Positions 15,134-24,746 of a stretch of DNA of 64,000 bases are shown in pieces (position 1 is the first letter of the stretch; every line of letters begins with the position of its first letter). This DNA is from Amphiscolops sp. MND2022. Lineage: Eukaryota. The notes beneath the pieces were generated by a model, which saw only the letters and a program-made list of their open reading frames with translations, was not told the DNA's origin and did no database searches. Location: positions 30,444,001-30,508,000 of the forward strand of contig OZ076409.1 in the NCBI GenBank assembly GCA_964187785.1, read 5' to 3'. The translations under genes were made by a program, and so were the position numbers.

Positions 15134-15255
15134 CTGATGGCGTCCTTGGCTATGGTAAGTTGCTGGAGACTGCTCTGTATTTTTCGCATCTCTTCATTCA
15201 GTGCCTCATTCTGTTCATGCAGCGTGGAACTGACTGTTCTCTCAGCGGCGATAAC
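15134..15255 (-). CDS. CCDC102: Host CCDC102-like gene, internal exon (VIAAERTVSSTLHEQNEALNEEMRKIQSSLQQLTIAKDAI)
   Basis: ttcag|GTT acceptor and CAG|gtgag donor. Phase-0 continuation of ...LEEVQK from exon 40733-40974. Open coiled-coil frame resembling the recalled CCDC102A segment after DESQK. Confidence 0.7.
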
Positions 15256-15708
15256 CTGAACAAGTTACATTTATGTTCTCCGGAAAAATGAAAAACTCTG
15301 CACGTCAATATTGAACTAGCTACGATTGAAGACACTGATGCTATGGTAGCCTTTTTGCCAGGCAGAGATATGATTTCGAATATCTTTGATTCAGATAGCA
15401 TTACAATTGTATTGTTTTCCCACAAGTAGGGAACTGGACCATAAACGTTTTTGCTTCTATTTTTGCTGCGTAACATGCAATACCGGGCGAGACTAAAAGG
15501 TCCTCCTTTCAGTTTTATGGGCATTGTGAGACTTTTTTTCGGAAAAGTCAACTCCCCGCAAAGAGTCCCCCTTCAAGTTGTTGACGTTTTGTACCGAAGG
15601 ATGTTGAAAATTCAAAAGGGTCCCCCTCCTAGCGCGCCAGAGGCCCGCGCCAGCGGGCATCTGTCGCGCCAGTTCCGTCGTTTGGGTTTTTCGAAAGTGT
15701 TTCGGAAC

Positions 15709-15940
15709 AGTAGTAATCGAATTCCCGTTCCTAATATATAAAAACCCTAAATTTAAGCATTTTTTCCAAAAAAATCGATAAAATTGGTGTTTTTTCACTA
15801 TTAAAAAATAAAAAAATTTAAGCTCGTAAAATCATCAAAATTTAGCATTTTTTCAAGGCAAACCATCTAAAACTAGCCTTTTTTCACAACTAAAAATTTA
15901 ACAAAATAAAAATCAATGAACAAATTTTTCCAATGGAAAA
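15709..15940 (+). repeat. Left terminal inverted repeat of the Polinton
   Basis: Reverse complement of 29644-29875. The outer ~150 bp look identical, with about 6 mismatches in the inner ~80 bp. Confidence 0.95.
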
Positions 15941-15980
15941 TTCATTGACCAAGATATAATCATGGAAAAATAACTATTAA

Positions 15981-16376
15981 ATGAATTATTTATCATTCAA
16001 AGAATTTGTTAATAAATATGGATTAAAAAATGAAGCAACTTCCAATGTAGAAATAAAAGAAATCTTAAAACTCATGAACACATCTTGTGGAATATATATG
16101 AGAGATGATAAATTTAAAACCACCAGTGGTATAGTTAACTTACATCCAACTAAAGGAACACATTGGGTTATGTTTACAAACCAAAACTATTTCGATTCAT
16201 ATGGCTGTCCACCACCACTAAATATAACAAAACAAATTAATAATGGTATCTATTCAGAATATCAAATTCAGACCAACGACAGTTATTGCGCGGCGTATTG
16301 TTTATATGTTTTATATCTCACAAAAGTTAAAGGCTTCAAAAATGCGGTTTTAAATTTATACTACCAAAATTTATAA
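15981..16376 (+). CDS. Adenain-like cysteine (maturation) protease
   Basis: GIVNL...GTHWV...YFDSYG.PP...QIQ...SYCAAYC, giving a His/Asp/Gln/Cys catalytic set. ORF intact. Confidence 0.9.
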   Translation: MNYLSFKEFVNKYGLKNEATSNVEIKEILKLMNTSCGIYMRDDKFKTTSGIVNLHPTKGTHWVMFTNQNYFDSYGCPPPLNITKQINNGIYSEYQIQTNDSYCAAYCLYVLYLTKVKGFKNAVLNLYYQNL

Positions 16377-16581
16377 TTCTTAAATGAAGAAATTTTAATA
16401 ATTATTCAGCTCAATTTAAAACTATTCAAAAACCAATGAATACCAATATGCAAAGCCAGCGAAGCTGTGAGAATCAATTTGATGAGAAAATAATACAAAA
16501 AAAAAGAAATTATCAAAACAAAACCAAGAATTCATAAATAAGATATCTGCAAGTGGATTTAAACAATTTTTCTCTTAATAA

Positions 16582-17588
16582 ATGGATCTATCAAATTTTG
16601 TAACCTATGATAAAAAAGAATATCTTTTGTTGAATACTGCAAAATCTAATCAAGAAATTGTTGAAAATACACATTCTAAACCACAAGAAACTTTAGAATT
16701 TAAAATGAATAAACAAAAAGAATCTTTTTCATTTGATATTCCACTAGACTTACCAGAACAGTGGATGATGGGAGTAACAAGTTTAGAAGTATATAATACT
16801 GTATATAATATTACTGAAAAAAATAATAAACTTAAAATCCTTCTAGAAGACGAACAACTCAAATCATTAAACGTTGACACTCAATTAGTAATGAATGTTG
16901 AGTATTTATATAAAATCTCTGATGTAAAAAAATTAATACATTTATGGTTGATAGTTATTCTAAAAATAAGAAACTTATTAAAAAAGATTTTGATCAACTA
17001 AAGAAAACAATTAATCAAATTAATCAAAATATTAAAGATAAAACAATTATTATTCCTGAATTTGGAATTGAAAATGATTTCGTTGAAATTGAATTAACAC
17101 CAGGAGTATATGAATTAGTTGATATAAATAGAATTATGAAACAAAAACTTTCTGATAGTGATTTTGAATTTGAATTCAACATAGAGGCAGACACAATATC
17201 AATGAAATCAGTTTTAACAACTTCTAAACCCATTTATTTTAATTCAAAATTAAATGAACTTCTAGGATTCACAGATACAAACTAAATAGAAGGAACTCAT
17301 ATATCAGAAAAACCAGTTATGATAACAACCACAGACAAAGTTCATCTTAAATGTGATTGTGTAGATGGTTCAATTGTTAATGGTATACGAGAACAAATTT
17401 TATTTTCATTTAATCTTAGTGCTCCTCCAGGATATAAAATCATAAAAGAACCCAATATTATTTTATATAAAAAAATAAACAAAACAAGGTTAGATAGTAT
17501 TCAATTTTTCCTTGAGGATAACAACCATAATCCAGTTGATTTCAACTCCGAAACATTAACCTTTACAATTCAAATCATCAAGATTTAA
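16582..17588 (+). pseudogene. Minor capsid protein (penton-like), disrupted by one frameshift and one nonsense codon
   Basis: Three collinear ORFs with motifs WMMGVTSLEVYNTVYNI and VHLKCDCVDGSIVNG.REQILFSF...PGYKI..EP...Y...IQFFLED...VDFN.E. Frameshift near the A-run at ~16926. In-frame TAA at 17283-17285, where the relic copy reads TAC. Confidence 0.8.
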
Positions 17589-17597
17589 TTCTATTAA

Positions 17598-17999
17598 ATG
17601 AGCTTTAGTAAATTTAAAAATAATTCATATTGTGTTGGTGGAAAACATTATTCCGCTACCATAAATATTCGTGGAGATATTACTCAAAATAAAAAAACAG
17701 GAGCACCTGTTAAATTATTAAGAGGTACTTGTTCAACTTGCAAAAGAAATAAATCATTAATTGTATCAGATCAAACAATTCAAGCAGAGGGATTGGGTAA
17801 TTTTTTTAAACATTTGGGCTCGGCAGCTAAGAATGTCGGAAAGAAAATATTGAATAATCCTGGAAGAGCATTAGAACTCGCAGCTAATATTGGAACTGCA
17901 GCAGCAAGTAAAAATCCTCGAATGATAGCAGCAACTGCTCCTGATATTATAAAATTTGTTCATCAAGGGAAGGGTTTATATCTGGGTAAAATTCATTGA
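17598..17999 (+). CDS. Small basic protein: N-terminal Zn-ribbon plus amphipathic helix (putative pVI-like membrane-active virion protein)
   Basis: YCVGGKH...CSTCKRNK, then AEG-LGNFFKHLGSAAKNVGKKIL. Conserved in the relic (~37720-38083). Confidence 0.6.
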   Translation: MSFSKFKNNSYCVGGKHYSATINIRGDITQNKKTGAPVKLLRGTCSTCKRNKSLIVSDQTIQAEGLGNFFKHLGSAAKNVGKKILNNPGRALELAANIGTAAASKNPRMIAATAPDIIKFVHQGKGLYLGKIH

Positions 18000-18048
18000 T
18001 TTACAGCCTTGCTGTAAATTAAATATTATTTTTTATAAATAATAAATT

Positions 18049-19023
18049 ATGTATTCAATTCATAATCGAGATGATTTAGAGAAATTAAAAAAATTGCAAG
18101 AAACAAAATCTTCTTTGAAAGCTGAAAGATTAAAAGAGAAGTTAGGGAAGCAAGACTTTCACTATGATATGGAAGAAGTTTTTGAACCAGTTACTGAAAA
18201 TCAGAAAAAAAGTCAAAACCAAACCAAGCTAGAATCTGAAAAGCAGATTCAAGCGTTACGTGATTCTACTCAAACTACAACACAAGCAATACGAGAATCG
18301 AGTAACGCTTTGAATAAAAATTTACAAAAATCGATTAAAGAATATGATGAAATTACTTACCGTAATAATCAACTTGTTACAGATCTTGTGAATTCCAACC
18401 AAGTTGATTCTACTATAATCAAGACAGTTTCTAATTTGCTTAATGACAAAAACAAAAGTCAATTTAGTTTAGAACCTGTTACGCAAAGCGGTGAAGGTAA
18501 TCCAAATTTATTCATAATTAACCCTCTTAATCCTCAACAAGTACTAATTAAAAATATTACACTAACCTTCTTGAGTAGTGGTAACAAATACAATTTAAAT
18601 GATCCCGATCTTTCATATTTTATAACTAATGCACAGCTAGACACGCAACCACAAAACGTGAATCAAATTTATTCTTTTTTAAATGATATGAAATATAATA
18701 TAAATTATGGAGATAAAAAATCAAAGAGATATTTTTTCATTAGAGATTTAATTAATCAATACATATATCAACATATTCCTTATCAACTATCCCAATTAGG
18801 AAGTGGATTTAATCAGTATGTCTTCCTTCCATCGGATCCTGATGAGCTTGTAGATCAATTAAAACTACTTTATTTTGAAAAAGTAGGAGAAAATGATAAT
18901 CCTATGCTTAGTGAACAAATCATAGCAATTGCAGATAAACTTTTACAATACCAATGTATTACAACAAATCAACATCAAAACCTAGTAAGCACTTTTACTA
19001 AAAAGGATCAGTTTGTGGATTAA
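18049..19023 (+). CDS. Polinton-associated protein of unknown function (coiled-coil N-terminus, C-terminal LPSDPDELVDQLKLL motif)
   Basis: Intact 324-aa ORF. The C-terminal helical motif follows a GSG site and is of a type I recall from Polinton proteins. Homologous relic at ~35880-36780. Confidence 0.7.
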   Translation: MYSIHNRDDLEKLKKLQETKSSLKAERLKEKLGKQDFHYDMEEVFEPVTENQKKSQNQTKLESEKQIQALRDSTQTTTQAIRESSNALNKNLQKSIKEYDEITYRNNQLVTDLVNSNQVDSTIIKTVSNLLNDKNKSQFSLEPVTQSGEGNPNLFIINPLNPQQVLIKNITLTFLSSGNKYNLNDPDLSYFITNAQLDTQPQNVNQIYSFLNDMKYNINYGDKKSKRYFFIRDLINQYIYQHIPYQLSQLGSGFNQYVFLPSDPDELVDQLKLLYFEKVGENDNPMLSEQIIAIADKLLQYQCITTNQHQNLVSTFTKKDQFVD

Positions 19024-19951
19024 ATATCTGGTATTGCAGATTGGATTCATTACATATCATATACTTACTCCCATTTTTATCTTCTAACCTATTTATTAAT
19101 AAATAATTATAATTATCCCGCCATGCTTCTCTGCATAAACTTTTGAATTCATCATTAGACATATCAAAACCTGCTATGTCTCTATAAATGTGTTCAACAT
19201 CTTTCAATGTTTGTTGAAATAAAATTATAATATTACTATTGTTTCTAATTGTTCTTTTAGGTAAATCAAAATATGACTGTGATAAATAATAAACATCCAG
19301 ATCATTATGTCTTCCCCTAGTAAAAAATGGATCTATTAATTTCTGATTGGAGTCTAACATATCATCAAATACAACACAACAATTTTGAAAATCTTGAATA
19401 CTTTTATCACCTAAATCTTCTTCCACTGAAACATCTTCTATTTCAATTTTATTGTATTGTTCCGGACTCCTCGTAATGATACATATCTTTTGTTCAGGAT
19501 TATCTAAACGAATTAATTGTAATTTGTTTAATAACAAATGGGTCTTACCACAAAATGATGGACCAACTATCAATGTTCGATTACAGCTTTGCTGGCCACC
19601 GGTGAACATAATATTATCATTATTATCAGTATCATCATTTGTAATAATATTATTTGTATAATTATTATTATCATGATTTTCATTATGATTTATAATTTCA
19701 TTATTTGTATTATCTTGATTGATATTACATCTTTTTAAATGTTTTGATAAATAAGTTTTATTTAATTCTTTATTACAGAATTCACATTTTACTTTCTTAT
19801 TGAAACATTCTATACATGTACTATACAATTTACCATTTCTATATTTGTAAAAATCTGTTTTCAGTATATTACACACTTTACATCTTTTTTTATTCTCACA
19901 ATCGGAACAGACAGATTTTTCATTACTTTTTCCACAAATTAAACACTTCAT
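18998..19951 (-). CDS. A32/FtsK-HerA-type packaging ATPase with N-terminal Zn fingers
   Basis: Walker A GPSFCGKT, Walker B VVFDD, and A32 motif FTRGRH...YLSQSYF.LP..IRNN. The N-terminus has five CxxC pairs plus HxxxC, followed by an Asn-rich linker. Confidence 0.92.
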   Translation of the reverse strand: MKCLICGKSNEKSVCSDCENKKRCKVCNILKTDFYKYRNGKLYSTCIECFNKKVKCEFCNKELNKTYLSKHLKRCNINQDNTNNEIINHNENHDNNNYTNNIITNDDTDNNDNIMFTGGQQSCNRTLIVGPSFCGKTHLLLNKLQLIRLDNPEQKICIITRSPEQYNKIEIEDVSVEEDLGDKSIQDFQNCCVVFDDMLDSNQKLIDPFFTRGRHNDLDVYYLSQSYFDLPKRTIRNNSNIIILFQQTLKDVEHIYRDIAGFDMSNDEFKSLCREAWRDNYNYLLINRLEDKNGSKYMICNESNLQYQIFNPQTDPF

Positions 19952-19955
19952 TTAT

Positions 19956-20077
19956 TTAGTAAAAAATCACTAAATCACTAAGCAAATTCACTAAGAGCAT
20001 GATGTTTTAAGTGTAACCTTATTTGCTTAGTGAAAAATATATGCTCTTAGTGAATTTGCTTAGTGATTTTTTACTAA
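19956..20077. promoter_or_regulatory. Intergenic 37-bp inverted repeat built from TCACTAA/TTAGTGA iterons
   Basis: 19956-20000 (with an 8-bp internal duplication) is the reverse complement of 20041-20077. An extra ttgcttagtga lies in the loop. Function is inferred. Confidence 0.6.
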
Positions 20078-20094
20078 GAAATCAGACCCATTTT

Positions 20095-21126
20095 TTAATT
20101 ACTTTTACTAAACCTGATTGCTTGATCAATTATAATTTTCTTAAATTCCTCTTTAAGTTGATCTGAAATTAGTGGTTGTTGCATGCGTTCAACGTAGTTG
20201 TCTATTTTAGATTCATTCACTTTTATTTTATTTTGTTTACAATAATATACATAATAATAAGCTACATTAAAAGGTGTTATTTCAATTGTTTGATCTGACA
20301 TATCTTCAAGGAATATTTTAAGTTTATTATATTCTTCACCTGTAAAGAAATAACTTTCATATTTTACATAATCTTCAGGACTCCATTTATGTTTAGTTGT
20401 GTCGTAGATTAGTTGGTACTTTTGATTGAGTATTTTATACTTTTGTGATCTGGTATCAAATTCAATTACACCAAATTCTAACTGACTACGATATTGTTTC
20501 CATTTAAGATCTTCTTTGATTGAATAAGTTTGTATTATGGTTTCGAAGAAACTATCTGGATTATTTATTGTGATATATAATTTAAAACAATTCTCTCTCA
20601 CTATTGGGAGAACATCCTTTGCATAGTGAGCAAGGTATATAACTTGTATATTATTGTGTCTACCAAACCGAAATAAGTCTTCTACTTTAGTTCTGAGTTG
20701 TTTGAATGCTCCTGCATCATCTAAAATTATAGTTCTATTAGCAAGTTTCTCTATTTCAATATTTTCTAACTGTAACAAAGGTATATATTTATCTTTAAAC
20801 TCAGTCTCATCTCTACCGAATACTATAAAATCGTTTTTAGTTTGATCTAAATAATACTTAAGGAAACTAGTCTTACCTGATCCACTAGTACCATATATTA
20901 AAAAATGACAATTAGTATTTGTATTTGGTGGAGTAAGTTCTTGTTCTTCTTCTTTGTTAGTTACCGGAGGGCAGCTTCGCTGTAAATGAGAATATTTAAA
21001 TCCCTTGAATTGTTTTAGTTTTTGGTATAATTTTTTATAATAATTAGGTTTAATATAATACCAGTACACCCACAAAATTATAATAAAAATTACACAAAAT
21101 AAACCTATATATAATTTTTTATTCAT
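20095..21126 (-). CDS. Second A32/FtsK-like P-loop ATPase with an N-terminal transmembrane helix
   Basis: Hydrophobic segment LYIGLFCVIFIIILWVYWYYI, Walker A GTSGSGKT, Walker B IILDD, and FRFGRH...YLAH...IVREN. ORF intact. Confidence 0.85.
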   Translation of the reverse strand: MNKKLYIGLFCVIFIIILWVYWYYIKPNYYKKLYQKLKQFKGFKYSHLQRSCPPVTNKEEEQELTPPNTNTNCHFLIYGTSGSGKTSFLKYYLDQTKNDFIVFGRDETEFKDKYIPLLQLENIEIEKLANRTIILDDAGAFKQLRTKVEDLFRFGRHNNIQVIYLAHYAKDVLPIVRENCFKLYITINNPDSFFETIIQTYSIKEDLKWKQYRSQLEFGVIEFDTRSQKYKILNQKYQLIYDTTKHKWSPEDYVKYESYFFTGEEYNKLKIFLEDMSDQTIEITPFNVAYYYVYYCKQNKIKVNESKIDNYVERMQQPLISDQLKEEFKKIIIDQAIRFSKSN

Positions 21127-21140
21127 TTATTAGGAAATAA

Positions 21141-21998
21141 ATGAATGAAAAGAAAGAAATTGTTAAAGAAATATTCTCTCCTGTAATTAAAAAGTTTGAT
21201 CGTATTAAAATAATTCCCCATTATAAAGATGAGTGTTGGAGTATTGATCTGATAGACAGGTCTAGCTTAGCAAAATACAACAAAAACTACAAGTTTATTT
21301 TTACAATAATTGACAATCATACCAAATATGCATGGGCGATTCCTCTTAAAGATAAATCAGGAAAAAGTACAACAACTGCATTAAAAAGTCTTATCGAAAA
21401 AACAAAAAGAAAAGCTGATAAAATTTGGTCAGATAGAGGTAAAGAGTTTTATAATAAAACATTTTTGGATTTTCTGAAACAAAATGAAATTCAAATTTCT
21501 TCAACTAATTCAGATTTAAAAGCTGTTTTTGTTGAACGCTTCAATAGAACCTTATTAGATCTAATAAAAAAACCAATGTATATTGAAGGTAAAGCTTGTT
21601 GGTTGAATCACTTTGATGCTGCTTTGGAAAAATATAATAATCGTGTCCATGGAACAACAAAAATGACACCATTTAAAATGGTTACCAATACTAATAAAAT
21701 TATCAATATTAAAATTAATAAAAATGAAAAAATACCCAAATTTCAAGTGGGAGACTATGTAAGAGTTCCTGACAAAAGGAACATTTATTCAAAAGGTTAT
21801 ACAACAAATTGGAATAGAGAACTTTTTAAAATACACAAAACTAATCCAACTAACCCAGTTACGTATGGTTTAGTAGATGAAAACAACGAACAAATAGAAG
21901 GAAAGTATTATGAACAAGAACTTATAAGAAGTGTATTCAACTTTGAATCTAACAACAAAACGTTAGAAAGTATGAATATTTTCCATCGTTATGAGTAA
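21141..21998 (+). CDS. Polinton RVE (retroviral-like DDE) integrase
   Basis: WSIDLID / WSDRGKEF / VERFNRTL give the DDE triad. C-terminal FQVGDYVRV...KGYTTNW...IEGKYYEQEL. No chromodomain is visible. Confidence 0.95.
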   Translation: MNEKKEIVKEIFSPVIKKFDRIKIIPHYKDECWSIDLIDRSSLAKYNKNYKFIFTIIDNHTKYAWAIPLKDKSGKSTTTALKSLIEKTKRKADKIWSDRGKEFYNKTFLDFLKQNEIQISSTNSDLKAVFVERFNRTLLDLIKKPMYIEGKACWLNHFDAALEKYNNRVHGTTKMTPFKMVTNTNKIINIKINKNEKIPKFQVGDYVRVPDKRNIYSKGYTTNWNRELFKIHKTNPTNPVTYGLVDENNEQIEGKYYEQELIRSVFNFESNNKTLESMNIFHRYE

Positions 21999-22015
21999 AT
22001 ATATTTATATAAATA

Positions 22016-22726
22016 ATGTCAATTCATAAATTTGGTTATAGTGCCGAAAGCTTACAAAAAGATAAGATTGAGAATTTAGAAAAAGAATTGGAATCACAAA
22101 CCAAATTAATTAACTTGAAGCTTAATGATTTGTCTAATACTTTAGAAAATTTTGATATGCAAAACACCTTCGGTAGCCTACAAGAAATTATATTTGACAA
22201 CGGTGAAACACAAATTGTAGTCAATGCAAAGTTATTCTTAGATATAAATAAAAGTATAGAAGATATAAAAATAAATTTAAAATATTTAGAACAAGATATT
22301 AAAATAAAATTTTTAGAAAAGAAAAAAGAAATAATTTTGGATGCTGCCAAGTTAGTAGAAGAACAGCAAGTCATTTTACGTAGTCACTTTGAGAGAAACC
22401 TTATTTCAGAATTGGAAAAATGTAAAAATCAAGCAGTCAAAGATACTATTCAATTACTATATAATAAAGGATTGTTTGACTCATTTGAAAATAAAGACCA
22501 AATCTTTAATGAGTACTTATATTTTAGTGATGAATACTTGTTGGAAAAATACGGAAAAGAAATAAAGACATCAGATGGTGTGTATTATTTATCTGATTTA
22601 GATTATTCAACGCGAGAAGATATTTTGAAGTGCTTAAAAATAGATGAATACAAAGATATTGTTGATCTTAAATATAGAATGAAACTAACCGATACTGAGA
22701 TAAATTTCATACTTTTTGAAAACTAA
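22016..22726 (+). CDS. Hypothetical coiled-coil Polinton protein (236 aa)
   Basis: Intact ORF. Its C-terminus RMKLTDTEINFILF is matched by the relic at ~34740-34790 (RMKLTDTEGNFILF). Confidence 0.65.
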   Translation: MSIHKFGYSAESLQKDKIENLEKELESQTKLINLKLNDLSNTLENFDMQNTFGSLQEIIFDNGETQIVVNAKLFLDINKSIEDIKINLKYLEQDIKIKFLEKKKEIILDAAKLVEEQQVILRSHFERNLISELEKCKNQAVKDTIQLLYNKGLFDSFENKDQIFNEYLYFSDEYLLEKYGKEIKTSDGVYYLSDLDYSTREDILKCLKIDEYKDIVDLKYRMKLTDTEINFILFEN

Positions 22727-22750
22727 AATTAAGTTTTTATTTAAAATTAA

Positions 22751-23272
22751 ATGAGTGAAAAATTGTATCCTTGTTTATGTGAATCAGATAATCTTGATAT
22801 GCGATTGAAAGAAATAAATAGTTTTAATAATTCAATTCAAAAAATAAAAGATATTCAAAATTTTTATAATCATGAAGCTAAAAAATATAAAAAGAAAAGT
22901 AAACAATACAAGCTTATAAATTGTTTAATTCAATCTATTGATGGAGTGTCGGTGTTTGGTGTATCATCAACATGTGTCACGTTGAGTGTCACAGGAGTTG
23001 GACTTGTTGTTGTACCTATAGCAAGTGGTATAGGTGCAGGTTTATGTATAATCAGTAAAATTGCTGGAGAGTACCTGAAGAGAAAAGAACAACACAATAT
23101 TAAAAAATATACTCTTGCTGGTAGAACACTAAATGATTTCTGTAAACTACATTCAAAATTTTTAGAAGACAAAAAAATTGATCTGAATGAATACAACAAA
23201 TTAAAACAAACTTATGAAGTGTACAAAAACAATAAAACTAAATTAAATTCTGAGTTTACTTTTTTAGGATAA
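22751..23272 (+). CDS. Putative membrane protein with a central Gly-rich hydrophobic hairpin (173 aa)
   Basis: VSVFGVSSTCVTLSVTGVGLVVVPIASGIGAGLCII flanked by charged helices. Homolog in the relic (GVTSTCVTLSVTGIG, 34303-34602). Confidence 0.7.
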   Translation: MSEKLYPCLCESDNLDMRLKEINSFNNSIQKIKDIQNFYNHEAKKYKKKSKQYKLINCLIQSIDGVSVFGVSSTCVTLSVTGVGLVVVPIASGIGAGLCIISKIAGEYLKRKEQHNIKKYTLAGRTLNDFCKLHSKFLEDKKIDLNEYNKLKQTYEVYKNNKTKLNSEFTFLG

Positions 23273-23340
23273 AGTTATTTAGTAAAAATAATATAAATAT
23301 AAATTTTAAATCATCATCATGAATATTTATTCTTTTATAA

Positions 23341-24568
23341 ATGGAATTATTTTCATTGAAAAATAAATATGCTATGGATAAACCTATTCATAAAATTGAT
23401 TTTTCTAAATATAGTCCAAGTAGTTTAGCTACAATCAACAATAATAATTCAAACATTTCCATCATCTTCCCAAGAGAAGATGCATATATTTGTTTACAAA
23501 ACTCATATAAATCTTTAGAATTTGAAGTTCTTAAAATGATGATACAAGATATGCAGATGGTGATCAAATAAGCTTGGTCAACTTTGGACCCGTTGCTTTA
23601 TTTAGTGAAGCTAAGTTAACTACTAGTTCAGGTAAACATTTAGAAAAAGTTGATAATCTACACCCCATTTCATTGATGTATAAACTTTTAACATCTAATC
23701 AACAAACAAGTCAATTGATGTACGGGTTTGAAGAATCACAAGCAACTAGAAGACAAGAACTAACAACAAACAAAACAGAAAAAGGAACCTTTTTTGTTAG
23801 AATTAGGTTGAGTGATATATTTGGATTTGCTGATAAAGAAAAAATAACATATGGATTGGGTTACAGTCTCACATTAAAACGTAATAAAAATAACGACCCC
23901 ATTATAAGGGACAATGGTGTTGATGCTGCAAAAATAAATATAAAAGACATCTCCTGGTATATTCCACACTACACACCATCAATGGAAAACCAACAACTCG
24001 TGATGGATCAAATATTAGACAAAGATCCAACTGAACTGTATTATATTGAACGAGTTGTTTTTAGAAAAGATGTTAACACCAATAACAATTGGACATTTGA
24101 ATTAGGTAATAGTGGTGAATCGACACCAAGTTTTATAATTGTTGGATTTCAAGCTAGAAATAAAATTGATTCACAAACACATGATAATGCAATAATGATC
24201 GTTTACCTGTTTCAAATGCAGTTTGTAAAATAGGATCAGAAAAATATCCCGATGACGGAATAGAATGTGATTATGATAGAGATAAATATGATCAAGCATA
24301 CAGTGAAATTGAAAACTTCTATTTGTTAAAAAGTGAAACTAATCTACTCAATCCATTTATTGATTTACAGAAATTCAGGACAAATTATAATTTTTATGTA
24401 TTTGATTTATCCAAACAAAAAGACCCCATCGGGAGTCAACCTATTAGGTTAGAATTTAAATTTAATGCTGCCATTAATGTAGCAGACTATATAGCTTATG
24501 CCCTAGTCCTAACACCTAAACTGATAAGTATCAGTAGTGATGGACAAAGGCATTTTGATTTATTATAA
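23341..24568 (+). pseudogene. Major capsid protein (double jelly-roll, hexon-like), two frameshifts; ~409 aa when repaired
   Basis: Three collinear ORFs. One-nt deletions near 23533 (A-run; relic reads KNDNIRYAD) and ~24195. The repaired frame gives PSFIIVGFQ...KIGSEKYP...YDQAY...FYVFDLSKQ...IRLEFKF. The DJR assignment rests on motif pattern, size and context. Confidence 0.8.
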
Positions 24569-24746
24569 GCAAAGCTCTTTCAGTAAATAAATATAATTTA
24601 AATATATAAATTTAAAAAATATATAATAATACAGCTTTGCTGATATGATAAATAAATTTATAAAATAATATATTTATTTTTATAAAATGATAATAATTAT
24701 AAAATGATAATATAATAAATAAATTTATAAAATAATATATTAATTT

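Noticed and set aside
15198..15798. ORFs of 96-117 aa spanning the left Polinton boundary
   Set aside because: They cross the TSD/TIR junction or intron boundary and have no recognisable motifs, so they are spurious.
24580..24745. AT-only stretch between MCP and pPolB as a distinct element
   Set aside because: Low-complexity convergent intergenic region, probably holding polyadenylation signals. No specific structure beyond the hairpin motif already reported.
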